Shown here: piece by piece, positions 9,049 to 17,428 of the stretch | Numbering within the stretch: position 1 is the first letter of the stretch | Layout: each line of letters begins with the position of its first letter | Assembly: GCF_001457595.1 (NCBI RefSeq) | Contig: NZ_LN831039.1 | Location: 1,080,001-1,112,000 of the forward strand | From: Mycolicibacterium smegmatis | GTDB taxonomy: Bacteria > Actinomycetota > Actinomycetes > Mycobacteriales > Mycobacteriaceae | Direction: 5' to 3' | Length of the DNA: 32,000 bases | The notes under the pieces: model-generated | Seen by the model: only the letters and a program-made list of their open reading frames with translations | The model's database searches: none | What the model was told of the DNA's origin: nothing | Position numbers and translations under genes: made by a program

Positions 9049-11129
9049 CCGTGGGTGAGCGCGAGACACCACAACCGGCACCACTGAACGACGCGGCGGC
9101 TGCCGCGGCGTACGAGGACGAGAAACCCGCACGGCAGCTGAGCGGTTGGGTGGGGCACGTGGTGGCCGCGGGTTGTGTGCTGCTGGGCCTGTCCGCGGTC
9201 TACCAGGTGTTCTTCCCGCTGGCGCAGGGCAACCAGTTCGCGCTGATCCTGTTCCTCGCGGCCGTGCTGCCGTTGACGCTGCTGAGTTACCGCTCGGGCC
9301 TGGCGCTTCCGGCACGGTGGCGGCGCGACCGTTCCCCGAACCGGGAAACCGAGCCGCGGCGCGACAGTCCGAGCCCGCTGGACTGGGTGCTGGCCGTTGT
9401 CGCGCTGTTCGCGTGTCTCTACCCGATGCTGCCGATCGAGATCGGTGACGGGGGAGGTGGTTTCGACGAGTTCCTGGGCAGGCAGGGCACGCCGGGCATG
9501 ATCGATGTGCTGGTGGGCACGATCGTCCTGCTGCTGGTGCTGGAGGCATGCCGGCGCACCACGGGCCTGGCGCTGCCGATCGTGTGCGTGCTGGCGATCG
9601 GCTACGCCTACTACGGCGGTTACCTTCCCCAGGGCGCGGCGATCGCGCACGCCGGGGTGGACTGGGAACAGATCGTCAGCTCGTCGTTTCTGCAGTCCAC
9701 CGGGTTGTACGGCGTGCCACTGGATGTCGCGGCCACCTACATCGTGCTGTTCACGATCTACGGCGCCGTACTCGAGGCCTCCGGTGCCAGCCGGTTCTTC
9801 ATCAACCTGTCCTTCGCGGCCTTCCGCAAGTCGCGGGCCGCGCCGGGCCGGACGGTGACGCTGGCCGGCTTCCTGCTGGGCAGCGTATCGGGTTCGGGCA
9901 CCGCGACGGCGGTGAGCCTCGGCACGGTGGCCTGGCCTGTGCTGCGAAAGGCGGGGTACCCCAAGGAGAATGCGGGCGGAATGCTCGCCGCGGCGGGCAT
10001 CGGCGCGATCCTGTCCCCGCCGACGCTGGGCGCCGCGGCGTTCATCATCGCCGAGTATCTGGGGGTGCCGTACCTGACGGTGCTGGTGTGGGCGATCGTG
10101 CCGACCCTGCTGTACTACCTGGGCATCCTGCTGGCCGTCGAGATCGACGCACGGCGTTACGGCACAAGGGAAGTCGAGGTCGCCACCACATCGGCGTGGC
10201 GCCTGCTGGCCCGGTTCGGCTATCACCTCGCCTCGCTCGTGCTGATCGTGGTGCTGCTCGCCATGGACGTCTCGGCGGTTCGCGCCGTCGTGTACGCCAC
10301 GGTCGCTGCGATCCTGCTGTCGTTCCTGGATCGCGAGCACCGTCTCACCCCGGCGCGGTTGTACTCCGCGCTGGCGACCGGCGTCCGGGGAGTGCTGTCG
10401 GTCGCGGCGGTCTGTGCGGCCGCGGGTGTCGTCGCGGCGATGATCACCAGGACCGGTCTCGGGTTGCAGTTGAACTCGATCCTGGTCAACACCGCCCGGT
10501 CGATCGCGGAAAACCCTACGGCCGTATTGATTCTCACGGCGATCTTCGCCGCGCTGGCGGTCTCGGTGCTCGGTCTCGCGGTTCCGGTGACGGCGTCTTT
10601 CGTGATCGCGTGGGTGATCATCGGGCCCGCGTTGCAGGACCTCGGGGTGGCCGCACCCGCCGTGGCGATGTTCGTGTTCTACTTCGCGGTGCTGTCGGAG
10701 GTGACGCCACCGACGGCGCTGGCCTCGGTGGCCGCGTCGGCCATCACCGGCGGGCGGGTGATCGCCACCATGATGCAGGCGTTCAAGTACGCGCTGCCTG
10801 CGTTCTTGGTGCCGTTCGCGTTCGTGCTGACCGAGAACGGGCAGGGACTGATCGGGCTGCGGTCGTTCACCGACGCGGTGTGGACGATGGCGGTCGTGGC
10901 GCTGGGCGTGGTGGCTCTCGCGGTGCTCACCGGCGGGTGGATGGTTCGTCGTGCGGGCTGGCCCGAGCGGGCGCTGTGTGCGCCCGCGGCGGCGCTGCTG
11001 CTGTACCTGCAACCGCTGACCATCGCGGTCGGGGCGGGGCTGCTGGTGCTCGCGCTCGCACTGAACCTGGGCCTGGCCCGGTTCCGCGGTGACGAGGCTC
11101 AGTCGCTCAGCGCGACTCCAGGTACGTGA
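9045..11129 (+). CDS. TRAP transporter fused permease (TAXI-type DctQM fusion)
   Basis: 694-aa polytopic membrane protein directly coupled to the TAXI binding protein. The start is either TTG 9045, which overlaps the TGA, or GTG 9051. The size and position are typical of fused TAXI permeases. Confidence 0.85.
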   Translation: MTVGERETPQPAPLNDAAAAAAYEDEKPARQLSGWVGHVVAAGCVLLGLSAVYQVFFPLAQGNQFALILFLAAVLPLTLLSYRSGLALPARWRRDRSPNRETEPRRDSPSPLDWVLAVVALFACLYPMLPIEIGDGGGGFDEFLGRQGTPGMIDVLVGTIVLLLVLEACRRTTGLALPIVCVLAIGYAYYGGYLPQGAAIAHAGVDWEQIVSSSFLQSTGLYGVPLDVAATYIVLFTIYGAVLEASGASRFFINLSFAAFRKSRAAPGRTVTLAGFLLGSVSGSGTATAVSLGTVAWPVLRKAGYPKENAGGMLAAAGIGAILSPPTLGAAAFIIAEYLGVPYLTVLVWAIVPTLLYYLGILLAVEIDARRYGTREVEVATTSAWRLLARFGYHLASLVLIVVLLAMDVSAVRAVVYATVAAILLSFLDREHRLTPARLYSALATGVRGVLSVAAVCAAAGVVAAMITRTGLGLQLNSILVNTARSIAENPTAVLILTAIFAALAVSVLGLAVPVTASFVIAWVIIGPALQDLGVAAPAVAMFVFYFAVLSEVTPPTALASVAASAITGGRVIATMMQAFKYALPAFLVPFAFVLTENGQGLIGLRSFTDAVWTMAVVALGVVALAVLTGGWMVRRAGWPERALCAPAAALLLYLQPLTIAVGAGLLVLALALNLGLARFRGDEAQSLSATPGT

Positions 11130-11760
11130 TCACCGCGCGCACCCGGCGGTGATCGTCGGCGGTCTCGGTGAGGTTGAGCTTGGTCAGGATGCTGCGCACA
11201 TGCTTCTCGACCGTGCCCTCGGTGACCCACAGCCGGCGTGCGATACCCGCGTTGGACCGGCCCTCGGCCATCAGCATGAGCACCTCCTGCTCGCGTGCGC
11301 TGAGCGCGGCCAGCGGATCGTCGCGCCGGCGCGCGGACACCAGTTCCGACACCAGCGCCGGGTCCACCACCGAGGCGCCCTTGGCGATGCGTTCGAGGGT
11401 CTCGACGAAGTCGGACACGTCGGTGACGCGTGACTTCAGCAGATAGCCGATGCCGTGACCGCTCGCGAGCAGTTCGGTCGCGTGCTCCACCTCGACGTGT
11501 GCCGAGAGCACCAGGATGCCGGTGCCCGGGAACTCGTTGCGGATCACCTTGGCGGCGTCGAGTCCCTCGGTGGTGTTGGTCGGGGGCATCCGGATGTCGA
11601 CGACCGCCAGCTGCGGTGTCTTCTCCCGCACCAGCGTGAGCAGTTCGATCGCGTCGGCGGCCTGGCCGACGACGTCGAAGCCGGACCGGTCGAGCAGGCT
11701 CGAGAGCCCTTCACGCAACAGAACGTCGTCGTCGGCGACGACGACTTGCAGCCCACTCAT
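11107..11760 (-). CDS. NarL/FixJ (LuxR-type HTH) response regulator
   Basis: REC domain (VVADDD, AVVDIRMPP, LVLSAH, GIGYLLK) plus a C-terminal LuxR HTH (LSAREQEVLMLMAEGRSNAGIARRLWVTEGTVEKHV). Its 3' end overlaps the convergent permease by 23 bp. Confidence 0.9.
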   Translation of the reverse strand: MSGLQVVVADDDVLLREGLSSLLDRSGFDVVGQAADAIELLTLVREKTPQLAVVDIRMPPTNTTEGLDAAKVIRNEFPGTGILVLSAHVEVEHATELLASGHGIGYLLKSRVTDVSDFVETLERIAKGASVVDPALVSELVSARRRDDPLAALSAREQEVLMLMAEGRSNAGIARRLWVTEGTVEKHVRSILTKLNLTETADDHRRVRAVITYLESR

Positions 11761-11877
11761 CGGTGATCCTCTCGGTGCCCCGCTCGGGATGATCCATCAT
11801 TTCCCATCGGCGTGTGCGCGGCTATGTGAACGGGCTAGGTAAATGTCAACGTGAATGCGCCGGGCGAATGCGATCGA

Positions 11878-13227
11878 TCACCGGACGAACGCCGCACCCT
11901 TTTCGCGATCCAGGTAGGTCTCGGACTTGTTCTTGAGGAAGAACAGGTACACCACCAGCGAGATCGCGATGCAGACGGTCACGTAGCCGATGAACAGCGG
12001 GACCTGGTCGCGTTCCTTGAGGGCCTGATAGATCACCGGCGCGGTGCCACCCACCAGTGAGTTCGCCAGCGCGTAGCCGACGCCGACGCCGAGCGCGCGG
12101 ATGTGCGACGGGAACAGCTCGGCCTTCACGACCGCGTTGATCGAGGTGTATCCGGTGAGGATGATGTAGCCGCCGGCGACCAGCAGGAACGACATGATCG
12201 CCGAGTGGGTCTGCGGCAGGTAGGTGATCAGGATGTAGGTGTAGATCACGCCGCCGAAACCGAACCACAGCAACAGGGGCTTGCGGCCCACCTTGTCGCT
12301 GATCAGGCCACCGACGGGCTGCAAGAGCATCAGGAAGATGAGCCCGAACAGGTTGATCCAGGTCGCGGTCATCGCCTGGTCCTTGTAGGTGGTCTTGACG
12401 ATGGCCGGGGCGTTGACGCTGTAGGTGTAGAACGCGATGGTGCCGCCGAGGGTGATCAGGAAGCACATCAGCAGCGCTTTGGGGTACCGCGTGAGCAGTT
12501 CGCCCAGCGAGCCCGAACTCGTGTCCTTGCCCGTCTTGATCGCCTCGAGTTGTTCCTCGCTCAGCGACTCGTCCATGGTGCGGCGCAGCCAGAACACCAC
12601 GATCGCGGCGACGCCGCCGATCGCGAAGCCGATGCGCCAGCCGAAGTCGTGTACCTGCTCGGTGGTGAACGCCGTGAGGATGATCAGCAGCGTGAACTGC
12701 GCGAGCACGTGGCCGCCGACGAGCGTGACGTACTGGAACGACGAGAAGAAACCGCGTCGCTCGCGGGTTGCGGCCTCCGACATGTAGGTGGCCGACGTGC
12801 CGTACTCGCCGCCGGTGGCGAAGCCCTGCACCAGGCGGCACAGGATCAGGATCACGGGTGCGGCCGCACCGATCACCTCACGCGACGGCACGATGGCGAT
12901 GACCAAAGAGCACAGCGCCATCAGGGACACACTGAACGTCAGCGCGGCGCGCCTGCCGCGGCGGTCGGCGAAGCGCCCGAAGAACCACGAGCCGATGGGG
13001 CGGGTCAGGAACGTCACCGCGAAGATCGCGTAGACGTAGACCGTCGAGTTCTCGTCGCCTTCGGCGAAGAACTGCTTCTCGAAGTACGTCGCGAACACCG
13101 TGTAGACGTAGACGTCGTACCACTCGACGAGGTTGCCCGACGATCCGCGGATGGTGTTCCAGATGGCGCGGCGGGTTTCCGCGGCGCCGGATCGCGTGGG
13201 CGGGTGTGCCTGGCCGGCAACCGTCAT
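11878..13227 (-). CDS. MFS transporter, metabolite:H+ symporter (KgtP/ProP-like) family
   Basis: 12-TM protein with MHS-type motifs RPIGSWFFGRFADRRGRR and GWRIGFAIGG. Confidence 0.85.
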   Translation of the reverse strand: MTVAGQAHPPTRSGAAETRRAIWNTIRGSSGNLVEWYDVYVYTVFATYFEKQFFAEGDENSTVYVYAIFAVTFLTRPIGSWFFGRFADRRGRRAALTFSVSLMALCSLVIAIVPSREVIGAAAPVILILCRLVQGFATGGEYGTSATYMSEAATRERRGFFSSFQYVTLVGGHVLAQFTLLIILTAFTTEQVHDFGWRIGFAIGGVAAIVVFWLRRTMDESLSEEQLEAIKTGKDTSSGSLGELLTRYPKALLMCFLITLGGTIAFYTYSVNAPAIVKTTYKDQAMTATWINLFGLIFLMLLQPVGGLISDKVGRKPLLLWFGFGGVIYTYILITYLPQTHSAIMSFLLVAGGYIILTGYTSINAVVKAELFPSHIRALGVGVGYALANSLVGGTAPVIYQALKERDQVPLFIGYVTVCIAISLVVYLFFLKNKSETYLDREKGAAFVR

Positions 13228-13314
13228 GACCGTCCCCCAGAGTTGGTGTGTCCCCCGAACGACGGACAGGGTAGTCGTTGCCGGGTGTGCCCTCGCGCGC
13301 AGGTCACGAACCAG

Positions 13315-13866
13315 TCAAGCGCTTGCGCGCACGATCGGCCAGAAGAGCGCGAACAGTCGCTCCTGCCAGCCGTCGGCGACTGCGCCGGTGCGGGCGGATT
13401 CGGCGATGTAGGCGCCGACCACGGCATCGATCAGCGTTTGTGCGTCGACGTCGTCGCGCATCGACCCATCGGTCTTGGCCGCGTCGATCACCTCGGCCAG
13501 GGCCGCGCGCTGTTCGACCAGGATCCGCCGGAACAAGGTGTTGAACTCGGGGTCGTCCTCGGTGCACAGCGCTGCCAGGCCGCCGATCCCGATGCCGTCC
13601 TCGATCGTCCCGATCGCCTGGGCGATGACCCAGCGGAGCCGGTCGGGCGCGTCGGCGCCGGGGTCGAGCGATTCGGGTGTGGCCAGGCCCGACAGCGCCG
13701 CGGCGAGCATCTCGCGCCGGTTGTGGTGGCGCCGGTAGATCGTGGTCTTGGCGATACCCGAGTGTGAGGTGACGGCTTCGACCGTGACGGCGCGCGGACC
13801 TCCGCTGCGCAGCAGGTGCAGGGTCGATTCGGTGATGCCGTCCTCAACGCGTCGTCGCTCTGCCAT
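13315..13866 (-). CDS. TetR-family transcriptional regulator
   Basis: N-terminal TetR HTH (VTVEAVTSHSGIAKTTIYRRHHNRREML). 183 aa. Lies upstream of, and on the same strand as, the MFS gene. Confidence 0.85.
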   Translation of the reverse strand: MAERRRVEDGITESTLHLLRSGGPRAVTVEAVTSHSGIAKTTIYRRHHNRREMLAAALSGLATPESLDPGADAPDRLRWVIAQAIGTIEDGIGIGGLAALCTEDDPEFNTLFRRILVEQRAALAEVIDAAKTDGSMRDDVDAQTLIDAVVGAYIAESARTGAVADGWQERLFALFWPIVRASA

Positions 13867-13904
13867 CTGGGTCCTGTTCGTCGGGAGCTTTCGCCGTCGT
13901 TTAG

Positions 13905-13943
13905 CGCTACACTAGCCGTAGCGGCGATACGCTACGCGTAGCG
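13905..13943. promoter_or_regulatory. Arrayed CGCTAC/GTAGCG half-sites (candidate TetR operator)
   Basis: cgctac (13905-10) N7 gtagcg (13918-23) N6, then the perfect 14-bp palindrome cgctacgcgtagcg (13930-13943). The array is 39-77 bp upstream of the TetR ATG and 44 bp upstream of the divergent gene. Confidence 0.5.
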
Positions 13944-13986
13944 AATCGTACCCGTTCGAGTCAGCTTCAGCAGAAAGGTGGATGGC

Positions 13987-14367
13987 ATGCGCGCCAAACC
14001 CGGTCGGATCTCGGTCTCCTATGTCGCCTACGTGATGTTGCTCCTCGGCTTCATCTCGCTCGGTGTGCTGGTCGGCTCGCTCGCAGTCGGCAGCCCCGAC
14101 GTGGCCCGGCTCGCGGGTGTCGCCCTGGCGGGAAGCGTGACCGCTTCCGTCGTGGGCTTTCGCGTGGCCGCGCGCAAGTTCAAGGCCGAACGCGGTGCCG
14201 ATGCCCACAACGTGAGCATCTTCGACAGGCCACGCGACGCCGAAGCCGCGGATCGGTACGCGCAGCGTTACCGCCCGGTCGACCCCGGCACCGACACCGA
14301 CACCGTTGCCGTCGCGGTGTTGCCGGCAGCCGAAACCACCGCAGCGCGTGAGCGCCGGGCGGCGTGA
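13987..14367 (+). CDS. Hypothetical two-TM membrane protein
   Basis: ATG 13987 lies 8 nt after GAAAGG. TM helices are [22 protein letters not shown] and [17 protein letters not shown]. Third-position GC is high. I recognise no family. Confidence 0.6.
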   Translation: MRAKPGRISVSYVAYVMLLLGFISLGVLVGSLAVGSPDVARLAGVALAGSVTASVVGFRVAARKFKAERGADAHNVSIFDRPRDAEAADRYAQRYRPVDPGTDTDTVAVAVLPAAETTAARERRAA

Positions 14368-14371
14368 TCGC

Positions 14372-15241
14372 CTAGAGGAACGCCAGCGGGATCGAGACCG
14401 CGAGCGCCCACACCAGCATGGTCAGGCCGGTGTCACGCAGCACGGGGATCAGATCCTTGCCGCCCAGGCCGCGGCGCACGGGCGCCGCGGCACGCGCGGC
14501 AAGCGGCAGCGCCACCAGGCCCGCCGCGGCCCACGGTGTCGCGAGCATCAGCACGAGTGTCAGCACCATCGCGACCCCCACCAGCACCTGGAACAGCACG
14601 CGGGTGCGGACGTCGCCGAGGCGCACGGCCAGCGTGATCTTGCCGGTCTGGGCGTCGGTCGGGATGTCGCGCAGGTTGTTGGCCACCAGCACGGCCGACG
14701 AGAGCGATCCCATCGCGACCGCGAGCACCAGGCCCACCCAGTCGACGCGCAGCGCCTGCACGTACTGCGTGCCGAGCACCGCGACCAGGCCGAAGAAGAT
14801 GAACACCGCGACCTCGCCGAGGCCCTGGTAGCCGTAGGGCTTCTTGCCGCCGGTGTACAGCCACGCCCCGGCGATGCACACCGCGCCGACGGCGATGAGC
14901 CACGGCGCGCTCGTCACGGCCAGCGCCAGGCCGGCCACCGCGCCGACGGCCAGGCTCACGATCGCCGCGGTCAGCACCGCGCGGGGCGACGCGAGTTTCG
15001 AACCCACCAGGCGCAGCGGCCCCGACCGCACATCGTCGGTGCCGCGGATGCCGTCGGAGTAGTCGTTGGCGAAGTTGACACCCACGATCAACGCGAGCGA
15101 GACGGCCAACGCCAGCAATGCTTTCCACCACACGGCCGCATCCAGCCAGGCCGCCGCGCCGGTGCCGGCGATCACCGGTGATACGGCGTTGGGCAACGTA
15201 CGGGGGCGGGCGCCTTCGATCCACTGCGCGAAACTGGCCAC
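14372..15241 (-). CDS. menA: 1,4-dihydroxy-2-naphthoate polyprenyltransferase
   Basis: UbiA-family motifs [15 protein letters not shown] and [11 protein letters not shown]. Near-collinear with Mtb MenA as I remember it, which begins M-ASFAQW. I therefore chose GTG 15241 ([10 protein letters not shown]) over ATG 15298. TACGAT lies 6 nt upstream of this GTG. Confidence 0.9.
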   Translation of the reverse strand: MASFAQWIEGARPRTLPNAVSPVIAGTGAAAWLDAAVWWKALLALAVSLALIVGVNFANDYSDGIRGTDDVRSGPLRLVGSKLASPRAVLTAAIVSLAVGAVAGLALAVTSAPWLIAVGAVCIAGAWLYTGGKKPYGYQGLGEVAVFIFFGLVAVLGTQYVQALRVDWVGLVLAVAMGSLSSAVLVANNLRDIPTDAQTGKITLAVRLGDVRTRVLFQVLVGVAMVLTLVLMLATPWAAAGLVALPLAARAAAPVRRGLGGKDLIPVLRDTGLTMLVWALAVSIPLAFL

Positions 15242-15319
15242 GCCGCCATCGTATTTGCACGGGTGTTTGCGGGGATACGCACAGTATTCGCAGGACATGT
15301 CCTGCTGCGCGGGCCGACC

Positions 15320-15325
15320 TAGACT
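15320..15325 (+). promoter_or_regulatory. Candidate -10 box (TAGACT) for a leaderless transcript starting at ATG 15332
   Basis: A TANNNT hexamer sits exactly 6 nt upstream of the A of the ATG. There is no Shine-Dalgarno sequence. Confidence 0.35.
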
Positions 15326-15331
15326 GGCCCC

Positions 15332-15577
15332 ATGAACGAGCAGCTCAGCAAGACCGAGATCGGCAAGGACGCGCTGCAGGAGTCCGTCGAGGCGCTGGCC
15401 ACGACGGTGGGGGAGGTCGCCACGATCGTCACCACGGCCGTCAAGGACGTGGCGTCGGCCATCGGGGGTCTCGCGACCGAGGTGTTCGAGATCGGTGACA
15501 TCGCGCGCCGCGCGGCGCGGGCAGGCGCCCCGGAAAGCGCCGCAGGAGACGCAGAAGACACAGACATCGCCGAGTGA
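15332..15577 (+). CDS. Hypothetical 81-aa protein (helical A/V/T-rich core, acidic tail)
   Basis: Third-position GC is very high throughout. The stop overlaps the MTAP start (GTGA at 15574-15577). I recognise no family. Confidence 0.6.
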   Translation: MNEQLSKTEIGKDALQESVEALATTVGEVATIVTTAVKDVASAIGGLATEVFEIGDIARRAARAGAPESAAGDAEDTDIAE

Positions 15578-16353
15578 TGCTCGGGGTCATCGGCGGCAGC
15601 GGTTTCTACACGTTCTTCGGCTCTGACGCGCGAGCGGTCAGCGTCGAGACCCCGTACGGCCCGCCGAGCGCGCCCATCACGGTGGGCACGGTGGGTGATC
15701 ACGAGGTGGCGTTCCTGCCGCGGCACGGCGTGAAGCACGAGTTCTCGCCGCACACCGTGCCGTACCGCGCCAACCTGTGGGCGTTGCGCTCTCTCGGGGT
15801 GCGACGCGTCTTCGCGCCATGCGCGGTCGGCAGCCTCACGCCGGATCTTGGGCCGGGTTCGATCGTGGTGCCCGATCAGCTGGTCGACCGCACCAGCGGG
15901 CGCGACGACACGTACTTCGATTCCGGCGGAATCCATGTCGCCTTCGCCGACCCGTACTGCCCGACGCTGCGCGCCGCGGCCACGGGGCTTCCCGGCGTGG
16001 TCGACGGTGGCACCATGGTGGTGATCCAGGGTCCGCGTTTTTCCACGCGCGCCGAGAGCCGCTGGTTCGCGAGCCAGGGCTTCACGCTGGTGAACATGAC
16101 CGGCTATCCCGAGGCGGTCCTCGCTCGTGAGCTGGAGATGTGTTATGCGGCAGTCGCTTTGGTGACCGATCTGGACGCGGGCATCGAGGTCGGGTCGGGT
16201 GTCCGCGCGGTCGACGTGTTCGCCGAGTTCGAGCGCAACATGCCGCCGTTCAAGAAACTCGTCTTCGAGGCACTCGAGGCCGTCGAGGTCGAGCGGACCT
16301 GCACGCACTGCCTGACCCACAGCGGGGTGCAGTTGCCCTTCGAGTTGCCATGA
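15574..16353 (+). CDS. pnp: S-methyl-5'-thioadenosine phosphorylase (PNP/MTAP family)
   Basis: [12 protein letters not shown]-terminus, FLPRHG, and [18 protein letters not shown] are typical of MTAP. The position after menA matches Mtb Rv0535 as I recall it. Confidence 0.9.
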   Translation: MMLGVIGGSGFYTFFGSDARAVSVETPYGPPSAPITVGTVGDHEVAFLPRHGVKHEFSPHTVPYRANLWALRSLGVRRVFAPCAVGSLTPDLGPGSIVVPDQLVDRTSGRDDTYFDSGGIHVAFADPYCPTLRAAATGLPGVVDGGTMVVIQGPRFSTRAESRWFASQGFTLVNMTGYPEAVLARELEMCYAAVALVTDLDAGIEVGSGVRAVDVFAEFERNMPPFKKLVFEALEAVEVERTCTHCLTHSGVQLPFELP

Positions 16354-17390
16354 GGGTCCTGCTGACCGGTGCGGCCGGGTTCATCGGCAGCCGGATCGCG
16401 GTGGCGCTGCGCGACGCGGGCCATGAGGTGATCGGCGTCGACGCGATGCTGCCCGCTGCGCACCGCACCGGGGCCCAACCGCCCGAGGGTTGCGAGCTGA
16501 TCGACGTGCGCGACGCGGATGCGTTGGCGCCGTTGCTCTCTGGCGTCGACGTGGTCTGTCATCAGGCCGCGGTGGTGGGTGCCGGGGTGAACCCGGGTGA
16601 CGCCCCGTCGTATGCGAGTCACAACGATCTCGGCACCGCGGTGCTCTTGGCGCAGATGTTCGAGGCGGGGTGCACTCGCCTGGTGCTGGCGTCGTCGATG
16701 GTGGTCTACGGGCAGGGCCGTTTCTACTGCGTGGAGCACGGCGAGATCGACCCGATGCCGCGCTCACGTGCCGATCTCGATGCCGGGGTGTTCGAACACC
16801 GGTGCCCGGTCGGCGAGGAACCGCTGCGGTGGCAGTTGGTCGGCGAGGACGCGCCGGTGCGTCCTCGCAGCCTGTACGCCGCGAGCAAGGCCGCCCAGGA
16901 GCACTACGCGCTCGCGTGGGCCGTGGCCGTGGGCGGTTCGGTGGTGGCGTTGCGCTATCACAACGTCTACGGTCCGGGCATGCCGCGTGACACCCCCTAT
17001 TCGGGGGTCGCGGCGATCTTCCGTTCCCAGCTCGAATCTGGTGATGTGCCAAGGGTTTTCGAGGACGGCGGCCAGATGCGCGACTTCGTGCACGTCGACG
17101 ACGTCGCGGCGGCCAACCTGGCGGCCGTGCACGCCGTGGACGGGGGCCTGGACGGATTCCACCCGTTCAACGTGTGCTCGGGCAGGCCCATCTCGATCAT
17201 GGACGTGGCCACGCAGTTGTGTGAGGTGCGCGGGGCGCCCGGGCCGGTGGTCACCGGCCAGTACCGCAGCGGCGACGTCCGGCACATCGTCGCCGATCCC
17301 GCGCGCGCCCACGAGGTGCTGGGGTTTCGCGCTGCGATCGACCCGCGCGACGGCCTGCGGGAGTTCGCGTTCGCCAGACTGCGTGACTGA
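16350..17390 (+). CDS. NAD-dependent epimerase/dehydratase (extended SDR; Rv0536/galE3-like)
   Basis: Rossmann motif LLTGAAGFIGS and catalytic YAASK. ATG 16350 forms an ATGA overlap with the MTAP stop. I rejected the ORF-track extension to 16140. Confidence 0.85.
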   Translation: MRVLLTGAAGFIGSRIAVALRDAGHEVIGVDAMLPAAHRTGAQPPEGCELIDVRDADALAPLLSGVDVVCHQAAVVGAGVNPGDAPSYASHNDLGTAVLLAQMFEAGCTRLVLASSMVVYGQGRFYCVEHGEIDPMPRSRADLDAGVFEHRCPVGEEPLRWQLVGEDAPVRPRSLYAASKAAQEHYALAWAVAVGGSVVALRYHNVYGPGMPRDTPYSGVAAIFRSQLESGDVPRVFEDGGQMRDFVHVDDVAAANLAAVHAVDGGLDGFHPFNVCSGRPISIMDVATQLCEVRGAPGPVVTGQYRSGDVRHIVADPARAHEVLGFRAAIDPRDGLREFAFARLRD

Positions 17391-17405
17391 GGGAGTGACC
17401 GAGGA

Positions 17406-17427
17406 CCACTTGACACCCGTCAAGTGG
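17406..17427 (+). terminator. Perfect 9-bp hairpin after the epimerase gene
   Basis: ccacttgac-accc-gtcaagtgg, 16 nt after the stop at 17390. There is no U-tract. It abuts the first candidate start of the next gene. Confidence 0.3.
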
Positions 17428-17428
17428 C

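Noticed and set aside
7915..11012. 544-aa and 681-aa minus-strand ORFs (7915..9549, 8967..11012) antisense to the TAXI-TRAP genes
   Set aside because: Extreme Arg/His/Gly/Pro composition and no recognisable domains. The plus strand encodes well-supported transporter proteins.
12103..13767. 554-aa plus-strand ORF spanning the MFS and TetR genes
   Set aside because: It crosses two well-supported minus-strand genes and their intergenic gap. Low-complexity R/D/G/E-rich translation indicates a high-GC artefact.
16140..16349. N-terminal extension of the epimerase ORF (ORF-track start 16140)
   Set aside because: The extension lies wholly inside the MTAP coding region in another frame and is Arg-rich. 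The Rossmann GxxGxxG motif begins right after ATG 16350, which forms an ATGA junction with the MTAP stop.
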